Origin: Bacteriovoracaceae bacterium
Lineage (GTDB): Bacteria; Bdellovibrionota; Bacteriovoracia; Bacteriovoracales; Bacteriovoracaceae
Reading direction: 5' to 3'
Length of the DNA stretch: 64,000 bases
Assembly: GCA_018649885.1 (NCBI GenBank)
Contig: JABIHA010000084.1
Coordinates: 1 to 64,000 of the forward strand
In this document: positions 47,767 to 57,409 of the stretch, piece by piece
How positions within the stretch are numbered: position 1 is the stretch's first letter
How the letters are laid out: each line of letters begins with the position of its first letter
Position numbers and translations under genes: made by a program
Notes under the pieces: model-generated
Told to the model about the DNA's origin: nothing
Seen by the model: only the letters and a program-made list of their open reading frames with translations
The model's database searches: none

Positions 47767-48500
47767 AAAACTTAACTTTGATATTATTTGTTATACTACT
47801 ATTAACTTCAACGCTTTCTTTTGCAGAAGACAGCATCAGCTACGATAGCAAACCAATTGATGTTGAAGGTCTAAGTAAAACCAAAAAAGAAAAAAATACT
47901 GAAAAGCAGTGGTATCTTAAAGAACTTGATAGAAATAAATTAATGCTTAAAGATACAGAAGATACTGAAAAAGTTGTGGTTGAGCTAAATGATGTAATCG
48001 ATGACCTTACGGTTAAGAGAAAATCATTTTTCAACGTCAATCATGGCTACAGAACCAAAGTTGATGGCTTAAATAAAGTACAAAGTTGTTTTGAAAACTC
48101 TGAAACCGAATTTTGCAATAGTCTTTTGGCAAAAAATGAGAAAGTTGGAAAAAACCATGCAAAAGGAAATTTCCTAGCTAACGCCTCAGCTGTTTTAGCA
48201 CAGATGAAGGACCGATTTAGAGGATGTTACCTCAGAGAAGTTGAAGCTGATAATTTAGGATTAACAGCAAAGCTTATGGCCTATATTAAAATAGGAAGTG
48301 AAGGAGAGGTTAAACACATCCATTTTGAGAAAAATGATCACGAAAGAGGGAGCATTGTTCCACTAGGAAGGTGTATCGCTGGCTATATTTACAAGCAAAG
48401 ATTTCCTATTCCTCCTAAGGACACAGTTCGAATTATTCAAGAAATCTCATTCAATTTTCATGAAATCAATGATGAGTTTGAAATTGTGGCGCTAAGATAA
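47763..48500 (+). CDS. Secreted protein with AgmX/PglI (TonB-C-like) C-terminal domain
   Basis: FRGCY, I...GEV, RCI......FP.PP, FNF. Confidence 0.75.
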   Translation: MKNLTLILFVILLLTSTLSFAEDSISYDSKPIDVEGLSKTKKEKNTEKQWYLKELDRNKLMLKDTEDTEKVVVELNDVIDDLTVKRKSFFNVNHGYRTKVDGLNKVQSCFENSETEFCNSLLAKNEKVGKNHAKGNFLANASAVLAQMKDRFRGCYLREVEADNLGLTAKLMAYIKIGSEGEVKHIHFEKNDHERGSIVPLGRCIAGYIYKQRFPIPPKDTVRIIQEISFNFHEINDEFEIVALR

Positions 48501-48507
48501 AAACTGG

Positions 48508-48542
48508 AAACTGGTACCTCTTCTAGAAATAGGTACCAGTTT
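48508..48542. terminator. Hairpin between convergent genes
   Basis: aaactggtacct / aggtaccagttt, a perfect 12-bp stem. Confidence 0.8.
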
Positions 48543-49387
48543 TAGAGTAGACCTAATATGATGGCCTTCATTCTGTAGACGTGGTGAACTTCTCTTTTAT
48601 AGGTCTCGGCCATCTCTAGTACCTCATCGTCTTTTTTTTGAATATTTGAAAAAGTCCTGTTGGAAACATCATGTTCAAGCTCTTTAAAAACTGACTCCAC
48701 AGGATAGATTCGTGGGTCTTGAGGGTCATTGTGCTTTAAGTAGAGAATTAGGTTTTTTGTGTAAAGTGCTAGCTCGATTAGTGATACTGAATTTCCAATG
48801 AGGCTTTTAAGCTCACTGAAGATATCTTTTTTAAAATCACCACCAGGGCGGGCCTTTAACATGACTTTAAAAAATGAATGGAAATCAAAGGTAGCTGGAC
48901 GGGAATAGTTTTTAATAGCGTAAAGGTAGTTTTCCTCATTTAAGAAAAATTGGTCAATAGTTTCAATATCAAAAGCTTTAATTGAACAGTTTTGTGAGAA
49001 GTTTTGGAGGATTTCTTTTATCTCGGACTTTGGAAGAGCAGTAAGGTCAATGTCATCAAAGTATTCGGCAACGTGTTTTTCACGAAATTTTTTAATGAAA
49101 GCGTTGCACTTTTTAACTATCAGATTATGAGTCTCAATAGACTGTTTAAAACTATTACTGATTTTTTGTGGCGGTACTTCAACCATCGCTTTTTTTACTA
49201 TTTGTTTTTCTTTAGGCTTGCTAGTTGCAGGGATTGTATCATTTTTTTTAATTATTTTTGGAGGTTGAGAATTTATGTTGGAACTCTCATTTTTTTTGCC
49301 TTTTTGAATTTCATTTTTAGACAAGTAAATCCACAAAACAAAGAAGAATGAAATAACAAGCGTGAAGAAAATGATAAACTTTTTCAT
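48542..49387 (-). CDS. Hypothetical N-terminally anchored protein
   Basis: N-terminal TM helix, K/P linker, helical domain. Confidence 0.75.
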   Translation of the reverse strand: MKKFIIFFTLVISFFFVLWIYLSKNEIQKGKKNESSNINSQPPKIIKKNDTIPATSKPKEKQIVKKAMVEVPPQKISNSFKQSIETHNLIVKKCNAFIKKFREKHVAEYFDDIDLTALPKSEIKEILQNFSQNCSIKAFDIETIDQFFLNEENYLYAIKNYSRPATFDFHSFFKVMLKARPGGDFKKDIFSELKSLIGNSVSLIELALYTKNLILYLKHNDPQDPRIYPVESVFKELEHDVSNRTFSNIQKKDDEVLEMAETYKREVHHVYRMKAIILGLL

Positions 49388-49401
49388 TTTTATTACTTTT
49401 T

Positions 49402-50064
49402 TTAACTTTGGTTTAAAGAGCAGACATCTAATCCTGTAATTGTTTTGGGTCTAGAAAATATTGATTTAGTCCATCTATTGACTTCATTAAATTCTGCAAC
49501 ATTTAGAAACTCATAGGCACCATAGCCAGTGTCAAGGCATCTAACCCAAGGAGCGATCGCCATGTCTGCGATCGAGTAGCTCTCTCCCGCTATAAACTCT
49601 CTTCCCTTTAATCTCGTATCTATAACTTTAAGAAGTCTTCTTGTTTCATTCTTATATCTTTCAACAGGGTAAGGGTGATCACATTTTTCAGCTGCAAATT
49701 TATAGAAGTGACCAAATTGTCCAAACATTGGACCTGCTCCACCCATTTGAAAAAATAACCATTGAAGGGTTTCCATGCGAGTGCGTGCATCAGTTGAGAG
49801 AAATTGTCCCGTTTTTTCTGCTAAGTACAATAATATGGCACCAGATTCCATCACAGCAATTGGTTTTCCATCTGGTCCGGCTGGATCAGAAATTGTGGGA
49901 ATTTTTGAGTTTGGGTTAAGTTTGATAAACTCTTCAGTGAACTGGTCACCAGTTAATATATTGATTGTGTGGGGAGTGTACTCTAGGCCCATTTCTTCAA
50001 GGGCTATTGATACTTTTTGACCATTGGGAGTAGCTAACGAATATAGTTGTATTTTTTCACTCAT
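49402..50064 (-). CDS. Glutathione S-transferase, YfcG/YghU-like
   Basis: TPNG, NPNSKIP, ESGAILLYLA, SIAD. Confidence 0.93.
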   Translation of the reverse strand: MSEKIQLYSLATPNGQKVSIALEEMGLEYTPHTINILTGDQFTEEFIKLNPNSKIPTISDPAGPDGKPIAVMESGAILLYLAEKTGQFLSTDARTRMETLQWLFFQMGGAGPMFGQFGHFYKFAAEKCDHPYPVERYKNETRRLLKVIDTRLKGREFIAGESYSIADMAIAPWVRCLDTGYGAYEFLNVAEFNEVNRWTKSIFSRPKTITGLDVCSLNQS

Positions 50065-50147
50065 TTTAAAATCCTTCTTTAAACGACTTATCCATTTTTA
50101 ACATGAATTGGCAGGCAAGAATAGGGGATTGTGTGTATAATCGGCTT

Positions 50148-50528
50148 ATGATTTATTGGATCAAATTACTAGGGATGTTGTGGTTTTTAAACCCCGCCTT
50201 TGCGGATGAGCAGGCCCAGAATCATTTACTTGAAAAGGCCAATGGTTTTTCTAGTCACTGGAATAAACACCTTTTTGCGGAGCCAGGATTGAACCCCATA
50301 GAATTTAAATTAAAAGGTGATTTAAGAAAATATTCATACACTTTAATTGATCATAAGGTGAGTTTGGGGAAAATTTGGGTAGAAATAGAAAAATTATTTG
50401 ACCACGAAAAACCATGTGATTCAGGAAAAAGAATTTTTCTCCCCATAGAAAAAGTTTGGGTTCTCTTAAAAAACCATGAAGGTAATTACAATATATTAAA
50501 GCTTCCTAAAACCATGGAGTGTTCGTAG
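50148..50528 (+). CDS. Hypothetical secreted protein
   Basis: Signal-like ..PAFA; track start 50103, ATG 50148 preferred. Confidence 0.6.
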   Translation: MIYWIKLLGMLWFLNPAFADEQAQNHLLEKANGFSSHWNKHLFAEPGLNPIEFKLKGDLRKYSYTLIDHKVSLGKIWVEIEKLFDHEKPCDSGKRIFLPIEKVWVLLKNHEGNYNILKLPKTMECS

Positions 50529-50536
50529 CTTTGGTA

Positions 50537-51028
50537 CTAAACTAGTGCTTTTTTTTCCATTTCAATAACTTTCTCAAGAGATTGGTGATGAAATTTTATT
50601 GCACAGTCTGAAAACTTTATGACAAGCTCTGGGTTGATTTTTTTTGATAATCCCTTTTGATCGAAATTACTGTGGGGGTATTTTTTCATTATCTCCTCAA
50701 AGCTTGTATCAATGACTACTTCAATATGCTCATAACCCTCAGGTGTAACTTTTCCATTTTTGGGAGCAGGTACTTCAACAAGGGCTATATTTCTTCCCTT
50801 GTAAGAGATAGGCTCATTTAATTTGTAGGTGGCAATGGGTCTTCCGCCCACCTCACTTTCAATTAAACATTCTCCAAGCTCAGCAAAGACAGATTTAATT
50901 TGCAGATAGTTTTCAGCTGACGAGGTTCTGTAGCAAATATGGTCAATTTCCAAATTTTCTATATTGATTGAGTTAGATTTTAAGGTATGGAAGATTTTAT
51001 CAAGAAATGTATGAGCTTTTGTGAGCAT
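50537..51028 (-). CDS. YecM-family VOC metalloprotein
   Basis: DHICYR, GGRPI, EVPAPK, GYEHIE, IKFH..SL. Confidence 0.9.
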   Translation of the reverse strand: MLTKAHTFLDKIFHTLKSNSINIENLEIDHICYRTSSAENYLQIKSVFAELGECLIESEVGGRPIATYKLNEPISYKGRNIALVEVPAPKNGKVTPEGYEHIEVVIDTSFEEIMKKYPHSNFDQKGLSKKINPELVIKFSDCAIKFHHQSLEKVIEMEKKALV

Positions 51029-51110
51029 GAAATCCTCTTAAAATTTGTGCCTGATTAAGTCAGAATTTATCAGAGGTGCTCCCAATTTGGTAGGGATGTG
51101 CGGCGTTTGG

Positions 51111-51914
51111 CTAGCCGTAGCGTCCTTCAATATAATCAGCAGTTTCTTTGTGCCTTGGTGTCACAAACATTTGTCCAGTTTCTGTATGTTCTACAACTTT
51201 ACCCATAAGCATAAAAATACTTTCTTCACTAGCACGTCTGGCTTGGGCCATATTGTGAGTAACAATTAAAATAGTAAATTTGCCTCTCAGCTCCCAGATT
51301 AATTCTTCAACTGCTTCAGTGCCCTTGGGATCAAGCGCCGAGCAAGGTTCATCCATTAAAAGCACACTGGGCTTGACAGGAAGAAGCCTTGCGATACATA
51401 GCTTTTGCTGTTCTTCAAGGGACAAGGAGATGGCGTCTCGGTGAAGGCGATCTTTCACCTTATCCCAAAGAAGGACATGTTTGAGGGCGTCTTCCACTAT
51501 CGCATCTTTTTCTTCTTTGGAGGATTTTTGATTTTTGTGGTGAATTTGGTGCCCAAAGAGAATATTTTCTCGAATTGAAATGGGAAGTGGGTTTGGTCTT
51601 TGGAATACCATTCCTATTCGCTTTCTTACCTGGATTAATTCTACTTCTGGTGCATAGATATTTTGGCCTTCTACATGAATTTTACCGTTTATACGAACAT
51701 AGTCGAACCTCTCATTAATACGATTTACACATCTTAAAAGGGTAGACTTACCACAACCAGAAGGACCAATAAGGGAAGTGATCATTCCTTTTTTTATTTT
51801 TAGATCTATATTTTCAAGTGCTTGGAAATTTCCGTACCATAAGCTTAAATTTTGCGTCTCAATGGCAGGAGCATTTTCTGGTGCTGTAGTGAAATTATCA
51901 GTACTGGCGTTCAT
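51111..51914 (-). CDS. pstB: Phosphate ABC transporter ATPase (degenerate signature motif)
   Basis: GPSGCGKST, GMVFQRPNP, DEPCSALDP, VTHNMAQA; signature reads LSLEE. Confidence 0.93.
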   Translation of the reverse strand: MNASTDNFTTAPENAPAIETQNLSLWYGNFQALENIDLKIKKGMITSLIGPSGCGKSTLLRCVNRINERFDYVRINGKIHVEGQNIYAPEVELIQVRKRIGMVFQRPNPLPISIRENILFGHQIHHKNQKSSKEEKDAIVEDALKHVLLWDKVKDRLHRDAISLSLEEQQKLCIARLLPVKPSVLLMDEPCSALDPKGTEAVEELIWELRGKFTILIVTHNMAQARRASEESIFMLMGKVVEHTETGQMFVTPRHKETADYIEGRYG

Positions 51915-51944
51915 TTTTCGCCTATCCTTTTTGCAAAAAAACTA

Positions 51945-52712
51945 CTATCCAAATTTACCTTGGATATAGTCTGTAGTTCTTTGATCCATTGTTTTTCCTG
52001 TAAATAGATCTTCTGTATTACCGATTTCGACACATTCTCCGTTTAGAAAAAATGCTACTCGCTTAGCAAGTCTTCTTGCCTGTTGTACTAAGTTGGTTAC
52101 TAAAATTATGGTCATATCTTTTTTAAGATCTTTTAGAATATCTTCAATTCTCATGGTTGTTACAGGATCAACAGCTATGGAAAATTCATCTAAAATTAAG
52201 AGTTCCGGCTCCTGTGAGAGAGCTCTAGCAATGGTTAACCTTTGTTGTTGTCCACCTGAGAGAAGACTTCCTAAAGTATGCAAGCGATCTTTAACTTCAT
52301 CAAGTAGTGCTGCCCTTGTTAAACATCGTTCTACTATTTCATCGAGTTCTTTTTTATTTTTGATTCCTCTAAGCCTTGGGGAGAGCGCAACATTATCATA
52401 TATTGACATCGGCAATCCTACTGGGAGTGGAAAAACCACACCAATTCTTGACCTCAAGGCATAGATATTTTTTAAATGTCTTACATCTCTTCCACTGAAA
52501 TGAATATCTCCTGAATAGTGCATGCCTTTGGTAAATTGATCCATTCTATTAATGGCCTTAAGAAGCGAGGTTTTTCCCGAATTGGCTGGGCCAATAATAC
52601 CAAAAATTTCATGCTCATGAATATCTAGATTGACTCCACTAAGTGCAACTGTATCTCCATATGAGATTTCTAGATTTCTAACTTTTAGTTTAATACCATT
52701 TTCATTTACCAT
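51945..52712 (-). CDS. pstB: Second phosphate ABC ATPase (no switch His)
   Basis: GPANSGKTS, LSGGQQQRL, DEFSIAVDP, VTNLVQQA, GKFG end. Confidence 0.9.
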   Translation of the reverse strand: MVNENGIKLKVRNLEISYGDTVALSGVNLDIHEHEIFGIIGPANSGKTSLLKAINRMDQFTKGMHYSGDIHFSGRDVRHLKNIYALRSRIGVVFPLPVGLPMSIYDNVALSPRLRGIKNKKELDEIVERCLTRAALLDEVKDRLHTLGSLLSGGQQQRLTIARALSQEPELLILDEFSIAVDPVTTMRIEDILKDLKKDMTIILVTNLVQQARRLAKRVAFFLNGECVEIGNTEDLFTGKTMDQRTTDYIQGKFG

Positions 52713-53581
52713 TTCTTTTTCCCGCGAAGGTAGAATCTAAAGGCGATTGAAACGCTATTCATAATAAGAACCATTCCTATAAGAGTAAGTGCTACACCAT
52801 AAGGTAGATTTTCGGGAACACCCGGAACTTGGGTAGCTACCACAAATAAGTGAAGTGACATGGCCATGGTTTGGTCAAAAACTCCTTCTGGAAGAAAGGG
52901 AGAGAAGAAAACTGCACCAGTGAACATAATGGGAGCCGTTTCTCCAGCGGTTCTTGAAACTTCTAAAATAATCCCAGTTAATATTCCTGAAAGAGAGTTT
53001 GGTAAAACAACTTTTTTAATAGTTTGCCATCTTGTTGCTCCCATATTCCAACATGCCTCCCTAAAGGCGATGGGGACTGCTTGAAGAGATTCTTTGGTGG
53101 CGACAATGACCACTGGCATTGTCATAATGGCCAGGGTGAAACTGGCAGCAAGTATTGAGGTCCCAAATTTGAAAAACATTACAAATGCACCCACTCCAAA
53201 TAGCGCATGAACAATTGAGGGGACACCTGCAAGATTAATTATAGCGAGGTTTATGATTCGTGTGAGAATATTATCTCCCGCATATTCGTTTAAATAAATG
53301 GCTGCTGCTACTCCTATGGGTACAGAAATTAAAAGAGCTACAGAAACCAACCATATTGTGCCAAGAAGCGCTGGGAAAATTCCTCCAGCTGTCATCCCAT
53401 TAGTAGGATTCTCAAGAAAAAAATCAAGTGAAAGGACCGAACCACCTTTTACAATTAGTGTTCCCAGTATCACCAAAACTGGAAGAATAAGTATTAGTGT
53501 CATGCCCAGAAAAATAATTCGAAAAAGTTTTTCAACCCTCTTGCTTTGAATATTCGTTTTGCTAATGCCGAATCCTTCCAT
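52706..53581 (-). CDS. pstA: Phosphate ABC permease
   Basis: AIYLNEY, LAGVPSIV, GETAPI. Confidence 0.94.
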   Translation of the reverse strand: MEGFGISKTNIQSKRVEKLFRIIFLGMTLILILPVLVILGTLIVKGGSVLSLDFFLENPTNGMTAGGIFPALLGTIWLVSVALLISVPIGVAAAIYLNEYAGDNILTRIINLAIINLAGVPSIVHALFGVGAFVMFFKFGTSILAASFTLAIMTMPVVIVATKESLQAVPIAFREACWNMGATRWQTIKKVVLPNSLSGILTGIILEVSRTAGETAPIMFTGAVFFSPFLPEGVFDQTMAMSLHLFVVATQVPGVPENLPYGVALTLIGMVLIMNSVSIAFRFYLRGKKKW

Positions 53582-54534
53582 TATTTTTTCCTCACTCCGC
53601 GAATAATTAAATCAGCGCTGAGATTGATGATGAAAGTTATTAAAAATAAAAAGATTCCAATGGTGAATAGAGCGCCATAGTGTTCAGAACCCTGAGCTGT
53701 CTCTCCAAGCTCTGCAGCTATAGTCGCAGTAAGAGCGCGTACCGAATCAAAGATACTGGTAGGAATATTAATAGAATGACCTGTGGCCATTAATACCGCC
53801 ATAGTTTCACCAAATCCGCGGCCAACTCCTAATAAAACAGCACCTAGTAATCCATTTTTTGCAGCAGGAAGAACCACTTTATAGATCATTTGCCACTTTG
53901 TGGCCCCCAGGGCTTCAGCGGCTTCACGGTAGTGATCGGGGACGGCTTTTAGTGTATCCTCTGCAATGGAAGTCATAATTGGAGCAGCCATTAGTCCAAG
54001 TATAACGCCTGCGTTGAGAATATTTAATCCAACGGGAACATTGAATAATTTAATAATAATAGGGTTCATAATGGTAAGACCTATAAATCCCCAAACTACG
54101 GATGGTATGGCTGCGAGTAACTCTACTAATATTTTTAGGAATTCTTTAGTTCTTCCGGTGGCAAATTCACTAATATAGATTGCGGTTCCAAGTGAGAAGG
54201 GGATCGCTATTAGCATTGCTAAGCCTGTGACACTTGCGGTACCAAGTATAAGTGCTAGGATTCCATATTCAGGTGCATCTTCATCAGAGGGTTCCCAGTA
54301 TGGAGATGTGAAAAACTCTGTGAAATCCATATCTTTAATAATAAAAGAGAGACCTTCTTTTGCGATGAATAAAAAAATCCCAACAATGAAAATGATTGCA
54401 GAAATTCCGGCGATAAAGACAATCATTGATACAGCTTTATCTATGTACCAATCAAGGTTTCGCTGATCAAGTTGATCACTCCCAATATTCTTTTCATTTT
54501 GAGAGTTAAGAGAAATGGAATTCAGATCTTCCAT
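53581..54534 (-). CDS. pstC: Phosphate ABC permease
   Basis: ELLAAIPSVV, EAAEALGAT, GETMAV. ATG 54534 preferred (track start 54573). Confidence 0.94.
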   Translation of the reverse strand: MEDLNSISLNSQNEKNIGSDQLDQRNLDWYIDKAVSMIVFIAGISAIIFIVGIFLFIAKEGLSFIIKDMDFTEFFTSPYWEPSDEDAPEYGILALILGTASVTGLAMLIAIPFSLGTAIYISEFATGRTKEFLKILVELLAAIPSVVWGFIGLTIMNPIIIKLFNVPVGLNILNAGVILGLMAAPIMTSIAEDTLKAVPDHYREAAEALGATKWQMIYKVVLPAAKNGLLGAVLLGVGRGFGETMAVLMATGHSINIPTSIFDSVRALTATIAAELGETAQGSEHYGALFTIGIFLFLITFIINLSADLIIRGVRKK

Positions 54535-54536
54535 AT

Positions 54537-55649
54537 TTAGCTTTCTCCACAGCAATTTTCTGAAGGGCCACATAGCCGGTTCATAAGATCTTGAAGCTCA
54601 AGGGAAATTGAGCGGTAAAGGTTTTCATATTTTTGACATGCATCTTCACTACTAAGGTCAGCCATCGGTGCTTCTCCTACATTCCATTGTAGCGGGATGG
54701 TGTGAAAGGGAACTGAACCAACGGTATCTTTAACTGGTCCTTCAAGTCCTACAATAATATAGAAATCGGCGAGCTCTCTTTCCATACCATCAAAGCCTTT
54801 AGGAATTAATTTATCATTTTTTATTCCTCGATCATTTAAAAAGCTGATTAAATTTGGATCAACATGTTTACCTGGATTTTTACCTGCAGATTCAAAATGG
54901 CCACATCCATTGTATTTTTTTTGAGCAATGGCCATGGTTAATTGGCTAAGGGAGCTATTACTTTGATCAGTAAAAAGTATTTTATATATTTTTTCAGGTT
55001 TTCCTTCACCTGTTAGGAAAAAAACAGTTTCTGTACATATATTTCTTGCTTGATCTGAAACACGCAGAAGCATATAGAAAATAATTAAGAAAGTGAATTG
55101 ATCCTTTTTTTCCCAATTTTCATTATCAATTAGATCTTCAAAGAAAGTGTCAAAATTAGTGGATGCATTTTTGGAAGTATCAATTGTTTTTTCTGCTTTT
55201 TTTCCATCTTTTTCTTTAAATGCAATAAGTGCATTTTTGAGGGCTTTTTTTGAAAGCACCCCCATTCTTTTTATTTCATCAGATATAGCTCCTTTATGAG
55301 GAGCACGCGATAGTTGAACCGTCTCTCGACAAATGGTACTAGCGTAATCACCAATTCTTTCAAGCTCAATACCTGCTCGCATCGCTGATGAGACAAAGCG
55401 AAGGTGCTTCCCCGATGGGAGATGGGTGGCTATAAACTGCAAACAGATCTTGTCGAGTTCTTTAACCTCTCTATTAACTAATCTATCACCAATTATCGTT
55501 TCATAAGACAAGTCGTGATTTCCATCCAAAAGTGCTTGAATTGCACATTCATAGGAGTTAAGTACTAGTTCACCAATTTGGAAAACAGAATCACTAACCT
55601 TTTTTAAATCAGCTTCTAGACGTTTTTCATAATGTCCCATACCTCTCAT
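54537..55649 (-). CDS. phoU: PhoU fused to a degenerate LMW-PTP/ArsC-like domain
   Basis: LR...ELERIGDYA (PhoU); C-terminal KILFTDQSNSSLSQ, FESAG. Confidence 0.85.
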   Translation of the reverse strand: MRGMGHYEKRLEADLKKVSDSVFQIGELVLNSYECAIQALLDGNHDLSYETIIGDRLVNREVKELDKICLQFIATHLPSGKHLRFVSSAMRAGIELERIGDYASTICRETVQLSRAPHKGAISDEIKRMGVLSKKALKNALIAFKEKDGKKAEKTIDTSKNASTNFDTFFEDLIDNENWEKKDQFTFLIIFYMLLRVSDQARNICTETVFFLTGEGKPEKIYKILFTDQSNSSLSQLTMAIAQKKYNGCGHFESAGKNPGKHVDPNLISFLNDRGIKNDKLIPKGFDGMERELADFYIIVGLEGPVKDTVGSVPFHTIPLQWNVGEAPMADLSSEDACQKYENLYRSISLELQDLMNRLCGPSENCCGES

Positions 55650-55681
55650 ACTCCTTATACATTGGTCTCATTTCCTATTGA

Positions 55682-56557
55682 CTATGAGCACACTCCATTT
55701 TTAATGGGAGCATATCCCTTTTTAAGAATAATACACTGACCAGTATTAGATTTAATCCAGTCTAAATAGACCTTTATTTCACCTTTTGGCTCTCCATTAG
55801 TGTACATAAAAAGTGGTCTTGCGATTGGGTATGTTTTATTTATTGCTGTTTTAACTGATGGCATAACGCAATTTCCATCCTCAGACTTTGAGATGCATCC
55901 AACGCCAACGTGCTCAGTTGCATAGGCAAGTCCGCTATAACCAATTGCACAAGGCGTTTTTTCAACAAGATCTACTACATCTTTTGAACCGTGCATATCT
56001 AGTGTACCCATTCGATATTTTCCTTTTTTGCCAAGGATGATTTTTTTAAAGTAGGCATATGTTCCAGAGTTATTTTGGCGACTTACGGCTACAATTTTAT
56101 CACTTGGGCAGCCGGGAATAGTAATACCTAATTGACTCCATTTTTTGACAGTTCCCTTTCTTCCAAAGATCCTTGCTAGAGTTGGGATTGAGATATTTTT
56201 CTTAGGGTTACTCTTGTGGACGTAAACGGCAAGGGCATCAAAACCAACTACATGTTCAATTGGATTTTGGCCCTTCGATTTAGCTAGTTTTATTTCCTTA
56301 GCTTTCATCTTCCTACTAGCATTTGCAATATCAACTGTACCGTTTATCATTGCAGCAATCCCTGTCCCCGAACCACCTCCAGATACGGCTACTGCCACAT
56401 TTTTGTTCTTCTTGCTATATTCTTCTGCCCAAGCTTGGGCCACATTAACTAAAGTGTCTGAACCCTTATTTTGAATCGCTAGTCGTGCAAAGCTTGAGAT
56501 GTTAATTGTCAAAATGAGCCCAGCAATAACTGTAGATTTTATGGTTGTGATTTTCAT
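55682..56557 (-). CDS. pstS: Phosphate-binding protein
   Basis: KGSDT, GGGSGTG, ASR, SRQNNSGT, YPIARPL. Confidence 0.95.
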   Translation of the reverse strand: MKITTIKSTVIAGLILTINISSFARLAIQNKGSDTLVNVAQAWAEEYSKKNKNVAVAVSGGGSGTGIAAMINGTVDIANASRKMKAKEIKLAKSKGQNPIEHVVGFDALAVYVHKSNPKKNISIPTLARIFGRKGTVKKWSQLGITIPGCPSDKIVAVSRQNNSGTYAYFKKIILGKKGKYRMGTLDMHGSKDVVDLVEKTPCAIGYSGLAYATEHVGVGCISKSEDGNCVMPSVKTAINKTYPIARPLFMYTNGEPKGEIKVYLDWIKSNTGQCIILKKGYAPIKNGVCS

Positions 56558-56639
56558 TTAATCAACTCCTATGTAGTAGCAATGTATACCTTACTTTATA
56601 GGCCTATTGTAGTCCAGAGTCGGGAAATTGGTTAATAAA

Positions 56640-56716
56640 GCTTGTGTCAGAGTTTATTTAGGAGGAAGTTACATTCGAATGAAGCTTTTGTTAGTGTCTA
56701 TTCAATATTGTGTTAA
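56640..56716 (-). promoter_or_regulatory. Pho-box-like array of 11-bp direct repeats
   Basis: Minus-strand hexamers at exact 11-bp phase: ttaaca, ttgaat, ctaaca, ttcatt, gtaact, ctaaat, ctgaca. Confidence 0.5.
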
Positions 56717-56754
56717 GGCTCTTAGTAGATAGGCCAACTAAGACAAAATTGTGT

Positions 56755-57246
56755 TTATCTACCCAAGTAGCTTTTGAAATCAAATTGTTCTTTGAAGTAT
56801 TGATAGTTTTCAAAACAATGATTTAGCTTGTTACCAACAACAAGGTCTTTAGTGAACACGGGCATATGTGCGATGATTAAATTGTAGGCATTCTGGGCTT
56901 TCATCATTTTCGCCTTTTCCTCAAGGACTGAAAAATTGGGAAAGGCAACGTATCCCATTTTGTTGGCATCGGGGTGGTCGGGTATATAATGGAGCATGGG
57001 AGGTGTTTGATCAATTTCGATTTTACAGTGGCCATCTTTACAACTTGAGATGAGTTCTCTTTTAAAAGGACCACCCTTCGCTGTTCGTGTGGTTTTGTGA
57101 TTTGCAATGTTAAAGGAAGCTATGTTTACCCGCTGAAGGATTACATTTATATCTTGGCAAAATAATTCGACGTCATAGTTTTCTTCGTTGTGGTCCAGTG
57201 CATCAAATGGTATGAGAAAAGCTAATAGAAGGTAGGTTATTTTCAT
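56755..57246 (-). CDS. FlgC-like basal-body rod protein (orphan paralog)
   Basis: NIAN..TTRT..GGPFKR, Y.PDHPDA...GYV.FPN, A..AY. Confidence 0.8.
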   Translation of the reverse strand: MKITYLLLAFLIPFDALDHNEENYDVELFCQDINVILQRVNIASFNIANHKTTRTAKGGPFKRELISSCKDGHCKIEIDQTPPMLHYIPDHPDANKMGYVAFPNFSVLEEKAKMMKAQNAYNLIIAHMPVFTKDLVVGNKLNHCFENYQYFKEQFDFKSYLGR

Positions 57247-57409
57247 ACATTCCCTTTTGAGTTTAATATTATCTAGGTATTTACCCTAGTATTAAAGCCA
57301 CTCCAGGTTACGGAATATATTTCTTGCATGGTGCAAAAAACTAATTTTTGACTGCTTTTCGATAGATATATCCACCGGCATAAATAAGGCCACCCATGAT
57401 CAGTATAGT

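Noticed and set aside
51778..54466. Multiple plus-strand ORFs over the pst operon
   Set aside because: Antisense shadows of well-supported pst genes.
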